A stretch of DNA of 64,000 nucleotides, taken from positions 192,001 to 256,000 of the forward strand of contig CAVRZA010000002.1 in assembly GCA_963725665.1 (NCBI GenBank), written 5' to 3'. A program made the translations under genes and the position numbers. Below are positions 10,570 through 19,137 of this stretch, piece after piece. Positions within the stretch are counted from its first letter, which is position 1. Each line of letters opens with the position of its first letter. This DNA comes from an uncultured Actinomycetes bacterium (GTDB lineage Bacteria; Actinomycetota; Thermoleophilia; UBA2241). The notes below the pieces were generated by a model that was not told the DNA's origin, ran no database searches, and saw nothing but the letters and a program-made list of their open reading frames with translations.

Positions 10570-10753
10570 GACAGCGACGAGGCACTCGAGCGTCGCCGAA
10601 CCAACGACCCTCGCCCAGTCAGGCTGAACCGACCTCCTGCCGGGAATCTAAGTAGCGACCGCTGACGGCCCCGCGTTGCGGCGCTTCACGGCCTGCGCGA
10701 GGCGGTGACGGTCGGCTATGCTAGTCATCTCAAGATCCGCTTGAGGAGAGGCG

Positions 10754-11758
10754 ATGCCGCTCGGAGGATACTGCGAGACCTGCGGCCGCTGGGTCTGGGT
10801 CAACGGCTACGGGGAGTGCCAGTTCGGCCACCCCGCCAGCGTCGTGCGCGACGTGCAGCAGTTGCGGCCGGCCGAGCAGTCTTCGCAGGAGCTAGCCCCG
10901 ATCGACCAGGCGCTCTCCCTCGCCGTCGCGAGGCGGCAGCGCAGGTGGTGGTGGCGTCACTCGCTGTGGCTCTTCTGGACCTTCACGCTCGGCTTCCTCA
11001 ACTGGCTGGCCTTCTTCTACATCGGGGTCAAGGCGCGGCGCATCGAGTGGATCGTCTCGGGCTTCGCTTACCTGATCCCGGTGATACTCACCGTTGGCTT
11101 CTTCGGCACGCCGTTCTTCTGGCTCTTCTTCGCCATCCAGCTCGCCGTGAGCGCGATCTCGGTGCTGCACGCCCTGCTCGTGCGGCCGCAGTACCGGGCG
11201 CTGATGTTCGGCGAGGGGGCGCCGGGCACGTTGCCGGCGCCGCCCCTGATGCTGCCCAAGGTCGACCGTCCGGCCCTGCCGAGAGGGATCGACGAGGGCG
11301 CCGCCGAGATCATCCGCGGCGCCGAGGCCAAGATCGACGAGATCCTGGCGGCGGCCGAGTCGATCGGCGACTCGGGCGTGCGCGACAAGATCGGCAGGCT
11401 GTGCACCACGGGCGAGAAGATCGTCGCCGAGCTGCGCGCCGAGCCGCGGCGCGTCGAGCTGGCGCGCGGCTTCCTCACGTACTACCTGGAAGCCGCGCAG
11501 AAGATCGTCACCGGCTACGCCGACCTGCTGCGGCGAGGCGTCGGCTCGCCCGAGGTGCGCAGCACCTTGGAGCGAGCGGCCGCCTCGCTCGACAGCGTGC
11601 AGCAGGCCTTCGACCGCGAGCTCGCGAACCTGGTGCAGAACGAGGTGATCGACCTCGACAGCGAGATCGCGCTGCTCGAGAAGACGGTGGAGATGGAGAA
11701 CCTGTTCCACGAGACGGGGCCCGCCGCGGGCGCCCGTGACAGCGGAGGGACCTCATGA
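10754..11758 (+). CDS. XpaC-like (5-bromo-4-chloroindolyl phosphate hydrolysis family) membrane protein with an N-terminal Cys/His motif
   Basis: C-terminal ARGFLTYYLEAA...DLDSEIALL, TM helices, and position directly upstream of telA. Confidence 0.8.
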   Translation: MPLGGYCETCGRWVWVNGYGECQFGHPASVVRDVQQLRPAEQSSQELAPIDQALSLAVARRQRRWWWRHSLWLFWTFTLGFLNWLAFFYIGVKARRIEWIVSGFAYLIPVILTVGFFGTPFFWLFFAIQLAVSAISVLHALLVRPQYRALMFGEGAPGTLPAPPLMLPKVDRPALPRGIDEGAAEIIRGAEAKIDEILAAAESIGDSGVRDKIGRLCTTGEKIVAELRAEPRRVELARGFLTYYLEAAQKIVTGYADLLRRGVGSPEVRSTLERAAASLDSVQQAFDRELANLVQNEVIDLDSEIALLEKTVEMENLFHETGPAAGARDSGGTS

Positions 11759-12867
11759 CCGATCCGGCCGAACCGACAAGGACCGCCCCGGGCCAGGAGC
11801 TCGCCCAGACAGAACAGCCGCTGGCTCTCCGGCTGAGCTCCGAGGAGCGTCAGCGCGTCGACGAGATCAAGCAGGCCGTCGACGTGACCGACTCGCAGCT
11901 GGTCATCCAGTACGGGCTCCCGGCGCAGAACAAGCTCTCGACCTTCGCCGACTCGCTCCTCAGCGACGTGCGCACGAGGAACACGGGCGAAGCCGGGGAG
12001 GCTCTCACGGAGTTGCTGGTGAACGTGAGAGAGCTCGACGTCGACGGTCTCTCCGCCGGCTCGCCGGGCTCGCGCATCCCCCTGATCGGGCGCTTCCTCG
12101 ACGCCTTCAAGCGCTTCAGCGTGCGCTACCAGAAGCTCTCGACCAACATCGATCGTCTCGTGAACTCGCTCGAACGGGCGCGCATGGCCCTCCTCAAGGA
12201 CGTCACCGTGCTCGACAAGATGTACGAGCTCAACCTCGAGTATCTGCGCCAGCTCGACCTCTACATCGCCGCCGGCGATGAGATCCTCGAGGAACTGCAG
12301 ACCAAGAAGCTGCCGGCGCTCGAGGTGGAGGCGCGCGCCTCGCAGGATCCCATGGTCGCCCAGCAGCTCACCGACTTCCGCAACTCGATCGCGCGCTTCG
12401 AGCGCCGACTGCACGACCTGAAGCTGACGCGCATGATCGCCATCCAGACGGCGCCTCAGGTGAGGCTCATCCAGAACAACGACCAGAACCTGGTCGAGAA
12501 GATCCAGAGCTCGATCCTCAACACGGTGCCGCTGTGGAAGAACCAGATCATCATCGCCATCAGCCTCTACCGGCAGCAGCAGGCCCTGGAGCTGCAGCGG
12601 GAGGTCACCGACACGGCCAACGAGCTGCTGGCCAAGAACGCCGAGCTGCTCAAGACGGGGTCGGGCAAGGTGGCGCGCGAGGTCGAGCGTGGCATCGTCG
12701 ACCTGCAGACGCTCAAGAAGGTCAACGACGACCTGATCGCCACGCTCGAAGAGACGGTGCGCATCCAGGAGGAAGGCCACGCCAAGCGGCTGGAAGCCGA
12801 GGGCGAGCTGACGCGTATGCAGGGCGAGCTCAAGCAGCGCCTGATCGACCTGCAGACTCAGCGCTGA
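11755..12867 (+). CDS. telA: Toxic anion (tellurite) resistance protein TelA
   Basis: YGLPAQ, LYIAAG, ERRLHDLKL, QTAPQVRLIQNN, PLWKNQ; coiled-coil composition. Confidence 0.92.
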   Translation: MTDPAEPTRTAPGQELAQTEQPLALRLSSEERQRVDEIKQAVDVTDSQLVIQYGLPAQNKLSTFADSLLSDVRTRNTGEAGEALTELLVNVRELDVDGLSAGSPGSRIPLIGRFLDAFKRFSVRYQKLSTNIDRLVNSLERARMALLKDVTVLDKMYELNLEYLRQLDLYIAAGDEILEELQTKKLPALEVEARASQDPMVAQQLTDFRNSIARFERRLHDLKLTRMIAIQTAPQVRLIQNNDQNLVEKIQSSILNTVPLWKNQIIIAISLYRQQQALELQREVTDTANELLAKNAELLKTGSGKVAREVERGIVDLQTLKKVNDDLIATLEETVRIQEEGHAKRLEAEGELTRMQGELKQRLIDLQTQR

Positions 12868-13020
12868 AGGCCGGCCCGGACATGGCGTAGACCGCCGTCG
12901 GGGTCTGGGCGTCGCCTTGCCTTATGGGCCAGCCGCGGCAACATCGGTCTCGGCGCGGCGCCCGGGGCGGCGACTCGAACGATCACAGCCGTCTCTCCGG
13001 GCTGGCGTCGCGGCTCGCGA

Positions 13021-13082
13021 TGTCAAGTCCACTTGACATCGGAGCAAGGTCGGGTCTATCCTTCTGTAAAGTGTCCTTTACA
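13021..13082 (+). promoter_or_regulatory. Sigma70-type promoter with two palindromic operators upstream of the XRE gene
   Basis: TGTCAAG-N4-CTTGACA (13021-13038, includes TTGACA -35), TATCCT -10 (13057-13062), and TGTAAAG-N4-CTTTACA (13065-13082). Confidence 0.8.
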
Positions 13083-13100
13083 TGGAAGGATTCCGCGTTG

Positions 13101-13298
13101 GTGAACCGTGTGCGTGAGTTGCGAACGGCGGCCGGTCTCCGCCAGGAGGATCTTGCGGAGCAGGTCGCGGTGAGCCGCCAAACGATCATCTCGATCGAGA
13201 ACGGGCGCTATAACCCGTCGCTCGAGTTGGCGTGGCGACTGTCCAGGGCACTCGGCACGTCCATCGAGGGTCTCTTCCGGTTCGAGGAGGTGGAGTAG
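13101..13298 (+). CDS. XRE-family HTH regulator
   Basis: NRVRELR...LRQEDLAEQVAVSRQTIISIENGRYNPSLELA. Confidence 0.92.
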   Translation: MNRVRELRTAAGLRQEDLAEQVAVSRQTIISIENGRYNPSLELAWRLSRALGTSIEGLFRFEEVE

Positions 13299-13675
13299 TG
13301 CGAACAGCGCGTAGGACCATGGCACTCGCCGTGGCGCTCGCCGCGCCCTGCCTGGTTGTGGGCGTGCTGTCGGACGGACCGTATGCTGGCCGGGTGTTGC
13401 AGGGAGGGCTCGTCCTTCTCGCCTTGGTCGGTCTTGCCGCGCTTTGGATGTGGCGGCGAGGTGCTCGCCTCGACCGCGAGCAGGACGAACGTGGGCGCCT
13501 GATTCTCGGCAAGACGGCCGTCTTCACCTGCCTCGTGGCCGCGGTCGCGATACAGGCCTACTGGGCCTGGAACTTCGCCGCCAAGGGCAACGCCGGGGAC
13601 GATTCCTTCTGGCTTCTGGCCGTCTTCTGGGGGGCGTTCGCCGGCTCGTATGTCTACAACAACTTGCGCACGTAG
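13298..13675 (+). CDS. Small 4-TM membrane protein (DUF2178-like)
   Basis: Hydrophobic helices with a central QDER motif; coupled to the XRE stop. Confidence 0.65.
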   Translation: MRTARRTMALAVALAAPCLVVGVLSDGPYAGRVLQGGLVLLALVGLAALWMWRRGARLDREQDERGRLILGKTAVFTCLVAAVAIQAYWAWNFAAKGNAGDDSFWLLAVFWGAFAGSYVYNNLRT

Positions 13676-13687
13676 AAGGGGGTGGCA

Positions 13688-13900
13688 ATGATGACCGGGG
13701 AGAACGACACTTCCGGGAAGAAGACTGCGAACGAGGCGCTGGGGGTCTGGATCGCCATCGGAGCGGGTCTGGGCGTCGCCTTGGGGGCCATCTACGGCAA
13801 CATCGGTCTCGGCGTGGCGCTCGGGGTGGCAGTCGGCGTAGTGATCGGTGCCGTCGAGCAGTCCCGGGCGTCGAGGCGCGACAGGGGCTCCAAGTCCTAG
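13688..13900 (+). CDS. Small glycine-zipper membrane protein
   Basis: GVWIAIGAGLGVALGAIYGNIGLGVALGVAVG; preceded by an RBS. Confidence 0.7.
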   Translation: MMTGENDTSGKKTANEALGVWIAIGAGLGVALGAIYGNIGLGVALGVAVGVVIGAVEQSRASRRDRGSKS

Positions 13901-13935
13901 AAGTCGCGTGTGCCGGACGCAAGGATAGGCATGTC

Positions 13936-14797
13936 GTGATCGGGGCAGGGACAAGCCTGACCATCGAGGTCGAACACCTCGCCAAGCACTACGGCGAGGT
14001 GCGCGCCGTCGACGACATCAGCTTCACGGCGCGCAGGGGGAGGTCTTCGGCTTTCTGGGCCACAACGGCGCCGGCAAGACGACGACCATCCGCGTGCTGA
14101 CGGGGCGGGCGCGGCCGACGGCCGGCCGCGCGCCGCGTCGTGCGGCCACGACGTCGTCCACGAGCGCGACGCGCATGAAGCCGCTCATCAACCTCGTCTT
14201 CGAGGAACAGAACCTCTACCCGCGGCTCAGCGGACGCGAGAACCTGCAGCTCTTCGCCGAGCTCTACGGCGTGCCGCGCGCGCGAGTCGACGAGCTTCTC
14301 GAGGCCGTGGGGCTCGGCGAGGCCGCCGGACGCAAGGTGAAGACCTACTCCAGCGGCATGAAGCAGCGCCTGCTGGTGGCACGCGCGCTGCTGAACCGGC
14401 CGCGCGTGCTCTTCCTCGACGAGCCGACGCGCGGCCTCGACCCGACCTCGGCGCGCGAGGTGCGCGAGATGGTGCGCGAGCAGGCGCGGCAGGGGACCAC
14501 CGTCTTCCTCACGACGCACTACATGGAGGAAGCCGACGAGCTCTGCGACCGCGTCGCCTTCCTCGCCTCGGGCCGCATCGTCGCCCTCGACACGCCGCGC
14601 GAGCTCAAGCTGCGCTACGGGGAGCGCACGCTGTCGTGCTGCTCGACTCGCGCAAGGAAGAGCGCCTGCGGCTCGACGACCCCGAGGACGCGGCTCGCCT
14701 CGAGCGCTGGATGGCCGAGGGCAAGGTCCTCACGGTGCACTCGCAGGAGGGGACGCTCGAGGACGTCTTCGTGAATCTGGCCGGCAGGCCGTTGTGA
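13936..14797 (+). CDS. ABC exporter ATP-binding subunit (frameshifted)
   Basis: GHNGAGKTT in a shifted frame, YSSGMKQR, LFLDEPT, TTHYMEEA. Confidence 0.85.
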
Positions 14798-15895
14798 GCT
14801 GGCGCCGCATCCGGGCCATCTACCGTAAGGACATGCGCGACGCCCTGCGCGACAGCCGCGTGCTCACGGCGATCATCTTGCCGCTGGCTGCTGGGGCTGC
14901 TCTACTCCTTCATGTTCTCCGACGAGAACGTCAGGACACAGAAGGCAAGGTGGGCATCGTCTCGAGCGGCCGACGAAGCTCACGACCTGTCCTTCCCCAG
15001 CTAGACCGGTCGCACCGTGCGCCTGACCTTCGTCACGATGCCCAATGCCAGCCCGGCTCGAGCAGCAGGTGCAGCAGAAGAAGGTCGACGTCGGTCTTGT
15101 GGTCCCGCCGGGCTTCGACGCCGCCGTCCAGACCGGCCGAATCGCCGCTGCTCACCGTCGTGCTGCCCTCCTCGCCGAGCTTCAGCGGCGATGTCGCCGT
15201 CGCGCTCCTCAGCCGCAGCGTCGATGCCCTCGCCGGGCGCGCGCCGCCGGCTCGCATCGTGCAGCGTTCGCTGCCGCCGGAGACCGGGCGGCAGCTCCAC
15301 GGCGCTCGATGTGCTCGGCGCGCGCGCGGACTTCATCCTCATCTCGATCATCCTGCTGCTGAGCATGATCGCCGTGTACGCGGTGCCGGCCGTGCTAGTC
15401 GAGGAGACCGAGAAGAAGACGATGGAGGCGCTCACGCTCATCGCCTCGACCGCCGACGTGATCGCCGCCAAGGCTCTGTTCGGCATCACGCTGAGTGTGG
15501 TCTCGGTGCCCGTGCTGCTGGCGATCACGCGCGGTCGTCCCGCCGACGCGGCGGCGCTGGCGGTGGCGATCCTGGTCTCGGCCGCGGTGCTGGTCGGCAT
15601 CGGGCTGCTGTTCGCGGGGCTCCTCAAGACCGCGCAGCAGGTCAACTCCTGGAGCACCGTCGCGCTGCTGCCTCTCCTCGTCCCGGTCTTCACGCTCGGC
15701 ATCCCGACGCCGGACGCCCTCAACTCGGCACTGTCGTTCATCCCCACGGCGCAGACCTTTCGCCTGGCGGCCAACGCCTTCTCCGGGCGGACGCTCTACC
15801 CGCACGAGTGGCTCTCGTACGCGGTGCTCTTCGCCTGGGGGGCAGGCGTCTACGCGCTGCTGTGGTGGCGGCTGTCGCGCCAGGAAGAGGCGTGA
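14794..15895 (+). CDS. ABC-2 permease (multiple frameshifts)
   Basis: MSWRRIRAIYRKDMRDALRD N-terminus, VEETEKKTMEAL and C-terminal TM helices. Confidence 0.8.
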
Positions 15896-15917
15896 CGGAG
15901 GTAGGTGGCCGCGACGC

Positions 15918-15960
15918 GGCGGGGGCGGGGAGCGCCGTTTCGGCGCTCCCCGCCCCCGCC
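15918..15960. terminator. Perfect GC hairpin between convergent ABC operons (bidirectional terminator or REP-like)
   Basis: GGCGGGGGCGGGGAGCGCCG-TTT-CGGCGCTCCCCGCCCCCGCC. Confidence 0.75.
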
Positions 15961-15977
15961 GCTGAGAGCGCAGTCGC

Positions 15978-16739
15978 CTACTGCCGTCTGAACGCCAGCG
16001 TCGCCAGCACGCCGCAGACGACGGCGATGGCGGTGAGGATGCCAAGCTGGGTGAAGTTCCAGCCGTAGCCGAGCCACGGGTCCTGGATCGCCAGCACGCC
16101 GTGGGGCAGGGGCAGGTAGTCGGCGATGGTGTTCATCGTCGGGGTCATGACCTCGCGCGGAGGTGCCGTCCCCGAGAGCATCATCATCACGAAGAAGAGG
16201 AGCACGCCGGCGCCCTGAGCGGCGCGCGGCGAGGGCATGACGGCGCCCAGCAGCACGCCGATGGCGGCGAAGGCGGCGATGCAGAATACGAACGCGACCA
16301 ACGCGGCGAACACATCGGAAGGGGCGGCGAGGTCGTAGATCGAGTACGCCGCCACGACGACCAACAGCCCGCCGAGCGCCGAGAGCACGAACTGCACAGC
16401 GATTTGCGAGCCGAAGACGGTCGACGCCGGGATCGAGGCGGCGCGGAAGCGTCGCAGCACGCCGCGCTCTCGATACGATGCCAGATGAGCGGGGATCATG
16501 ATGAGCCCCACGGCGGCGGCCGCGAGGGCGACGTATCCCGGGACGTAGTAGCTCAGCGGCGATGCCCCCCGCCAGGGCATGAGACCGGTCGCCGTAGGCT
16601 CGGTGCTGGGCTCGGTGCCGAAGACCCCGGCCAGCACGAGGAGCATGATCAGCGGGAAGCCGAAGGCGAAGACCACGGTGAGCGGCTCGCGCAGGAAGAG
16701 CTTGATCTCCCCCCAGGTCATCGTGCGCCAGAGCTTCAT
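15978..16739 (-). CDS. ABC-2 permease
   Basis: EIKLFLREP, YRERGVLRRFRA, six TM helices. Confidence 0.9.
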   Translation of the reverse strand: MKLWRTMTWGEIKLFLREPLTVVFAFGFPLIMLLVLAGVFGTEPSTEPTATGLMPWRGASPLSYYVPGYVALAAAAVGLIMIPAHLASYRERGVLRRFRAASIPASTVFGSQIAVQFVLSALGGLLVVVAAYSIYDLAAPSDVFAALVAFVFCIAAFAAIGVLLGAVMPSPRAAQGAGVLLFFVMMMLSGTAPPREVMTPTMNTIADYLPLPHGVLAIQDPWLGYGWNFTQLGILTAIAVVCGVLATLAFRRQ

Positions 16740-16754
16740 CGCCGTCCTTCCCGC

Positions 16755-17777
16755 CTAGTCGAGCTGGTGACCGGTCAGTTTGAGGAACGCCTCCTCGAGC
16801 GTCGGGCGTTCCGTCTGCAGGTCCAGCGGCGCGAGGCCTCTCTCCAGGAGCGCCGCGGCCACGTGATTGACGACGGGCCCCTCGCCGAGCACCTCGACCC
16901 AGGCGCCGTGGCGTCCGACCGAGTGCACGACCTCGAGCGCGGTGAGCCATTCGAAGTCTCCCTCGGCCGTGAAGGTGACGCGCACGGCGCCGGCGCTGGC
17001 GGCGATGAGCCGGGCCGGCGTGTCGAGGGCGACGATGACGCCGTTGTCCATCACGGCAACGCGGTCGCACAGGCGGTCCGCCTCATCCATGAAATGAGTG
17101 ACGAGGACGACGGTCGTCCCGCGGTCGCGGATCCGCTCGATGAGCTCCCAGCTCGTCCGTCTCGCCGCCGGGTCGAGCCCTGTCGTCATCTCGTCGAGGA
17201 AGACGACCTCGGGCTCGCTCACGAGGGCCAGCGCGACCAGCAGACGCTGGCGCTGGCCCCCCGACAGGTTGCCGAAGGCTGCCTTGCGCTTCGCCGTGAG
17301 GCCCCAGTCGTCGAGGAGCACGTTGTAGTCGATGGGATGGGGTGCGGCCGCCGCGAACAGGTCGAGCGCCTCCCAGACGCGCATGCGTTCGGGGAGATGG
17401 GACTCCTGGAGCTGGCAGCCGACCCTGCCGCGCAGCTGTTCGGGATGGGCGAGCGGATCGACGCCGAGGACGCTCACCCGGCCGCCGTCAGGCCGGCGCA
17501 GTCCTTCAAGACACTCGACCGTGGTGGTCTTGCCGGCGCCGTTCGAACCGAGCAGACCGAAGATCTCGCCGCGGCGCACCTCGAACGACACGTCGTCGAC
17601 GGCGACGGTGGAGCCGTAGGCCTTGTGCAGGTGCTCGAGGGCGATGACCGGTTCGGGCAGCGTCGTCTTCTCGACCGCTGCGGGAACATCGTGCGACAGT
17701 ACGGCGGTCTCCGGCGGGTCGGACGAGGCCACTTTGTCTCCGACCGGGGGTTCGCCAGAGTCGGCGCCCAGAGTCAC
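16755..17777 (-). CDS. ABC exporter ATP-binding subunit
   Basis: GSNGAGKTT, LSGGQRQR, FLDEMTTGLD. Confidence 0.92.
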   Translation of the reverse strand: MTLGADSGEPPVGDKVASSDPPETAVLSHDVPAAVEKTTLPEPVIALEHLHKAYGSTVAVDDVSFEVRRGEIFGLLGSNGAGKTTTVECLEGLRRPDGGRVSVLGVDPLAHPEQLRGRVGCQLQESHLPERMRVWEALDLFAAAAPHPIDYNVLLDDWGLTAKRKAAFGNLSGGQRQRLLVALALVSEPEVVFLDEMTTGLDPAARRTSWELIERIRDRGTTVVLVTHFMDEADRLCDRVAVMDNGVIVALDTPARLIAASAGAVRVTFTAEGDFEWLTALEVVHSVGRHGAWVEVLGEGPVVNHVAAALLERGLAPLDLQTERPTLEEAFLKLTGHQLD

Positions 17778-17810
17778 GAGCGAGCCTTCTCTGGACGGCT
17801 CAGCGCCATC

Positions 17811-18005
17811 TCAGGACGCAGGCCGACGCATCTTGCGCACGTCGTTCACGACGGTGACGGCAAACCCGAGGGTGATCAGGATAGGCATGAGCTGGTAGCT
17901 GACCCAGTGCGGAAAGTGAAAGAGGTAGTTGCACACGGCAACCACGATGGCCATTCATATGACGTAGCCGGCGACCCACTGGATGCTCTTGAGGACCCAT
18001 CTCAC
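17811..18005 (-). CDS. Small 2-TM membrane protein with an internal TGA (not in the ORF track)
   Basis: RBS AGAAAGGAG plus GTG; translates to MRWVLKSIQWVAGYVI*MAIVVAVCNYLFHFPHWVSYQLMPILITLGFAVTVVNDVRKMRRPAS. Confidence 0.55.
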
Positions 18006-18067
18006 GGCTGCTCCTTTCTCTGACTAAACCCCGCCAGAGTCTAGGTCCAATCGCAGGCGTTGCGCAG

Positions 18068-18104
18068 CCCTCTGTGGGGGGAATCTCGCTTCCCTCTGCG
18101 GGGG
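18068..18104. promoter_or_regulatory. Direct-repeat pair, candidate regulator site upstream of the 18005-15978 operon
   Basis: CCCTCTGTGGGGG (18068) and CCCTCTGCGGGGG (18092), 24 bp apart. Confidence 0.45.
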
Positions 18105-18138
18105 TAGACAGAAGTGCCGTCAGCGGTGCGGCGGGCGA

Positions 18139-19008
18139 TCAGGGTCGCTCGCGGTCGCGCCAGCCGCGCAGGAAGTCCTTGTAAGACTCGTCCATGGCTC
18201 GCTCGTCGGGGCCGGGCGGAAGCTGCGGCTCCTCCTCCGGTGTGGTGTCATCGGCCACTTCGTCGGGCACGTGGTCGAGGGCCGCAGCTGCGGTCGTGTC
18301 GGGCTCCTCGTCGGCGTCCTCGTCGGCTGTTTCATCGGTCGTCTCGTCTACACCTGCATCGCTCGCCTCATCGGCGGTCTCACCGGGCCCGTCGCCGTCC
18401 TCGACACTGGCATCCCCACCGTCACTCGCGTCGGCCTCGACCTCCTCTTCATCACCCCACACCTCAGTCTCCTCCGGGCCGTACAGCTTGGCCGGTGCGT
18501 AGGGAACGTCGAGACGGTCGAGAGCGGCGAGGGCCAAGTGCTGTGAGCGAGGCGTCTCGGCAGCGCTCTTGAGCGCTGCTGCGGCGTCTTCACCGATCGC
18601 CACGAGCGCTTCGACTGCCGCCCGTTTGACGAAGTCCTGGGCGTCACCTCCCAGTACCTCGATCATGCCCTGCACCACGTCCAGCTCGCCCATGCCGTCC
18701 AGGATCTCGAGCGCCCGGGGCTGCGCCGTATCGCCGCCATCAAGAGCGGTCGTCAGGAGCGCCTCGACGACGCCGGGCCCGCGGCAGGCAAGCTCGGCGG
18801 TCGCGGCGGCGCTGATGGGGTCGGTGTCGGTGCCGGGAGGGAGGTCGAGCAGTGTGATGAGCACGTCGTCGTCGAGGCGCTCGCCGTCGGACTTCAGCAG
18901 CTCGTGGATCTCACCGGCCAGCCGCCGCTGTTCCTCGCTGCCGTCCTCGGGGTCGTAACGATCGAGCAAGGCGATCGCTCGCGCGTTGAGCGCTTGTTCG
19001 TCGCTCAC
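18139..19008 (-). CDS. HEAT-repeat-like protein with a long acidic tail
   Basis: VVEALLTTAL and VKRAAVEALVAIG helices, then a D/E-rich low-complexity C-terminus. GTG start after an RBS. Confidence 0.6.
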   Translation of the reverse strand: MSDEQALNARAIALLDRYDPEDGSEEQRRLAGEIHELLKSDGERLDDDVLITLLDLPPGTDTDPISAAATAELACRGPGVVEALLTTALDGGDTAQPRALEILDGMGELDVVQGMIEVLGGDAQDFVKRAAVEALVAIGEDAAAALKSAAETPRSQHLALAALDRLDVPYAPAKLYGPEETEVWGDEEEVEADASDGGDASVEDGDGPGETADEASDAGVDETTDETADEDADEEPDTTAAAALDHVPDEVADDTTPEEEPQLPPGPDERAMDESYKDFLRGWRDRERP

Positions 19009-19137
19009 CGGCCGCGCTCCTGTGGTCGGTGTCTCTCGGGGGTCCTCGCCCGATGATACACAACATGCTGGAGTCGCCCTGGTGGCAGTGTCGAATCTTC
19101 GCATGCGCTCTAGATCGAGACACGATAGGCTGCCGCC

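Noticed and set aside
10594-10682. GCCGAAC...GTTGCGG after the SGNH gene as another attC
   Set aside because: There is no internal L''/L' complementarity or stem.
12890-13835. Repeat pair as a diversity-generating retroelement TR/VR
   Set aside because: Mismatches occur at both A and T positions and include indels, so they are not adenine-specific. There is no reverse transcriptase in the window.
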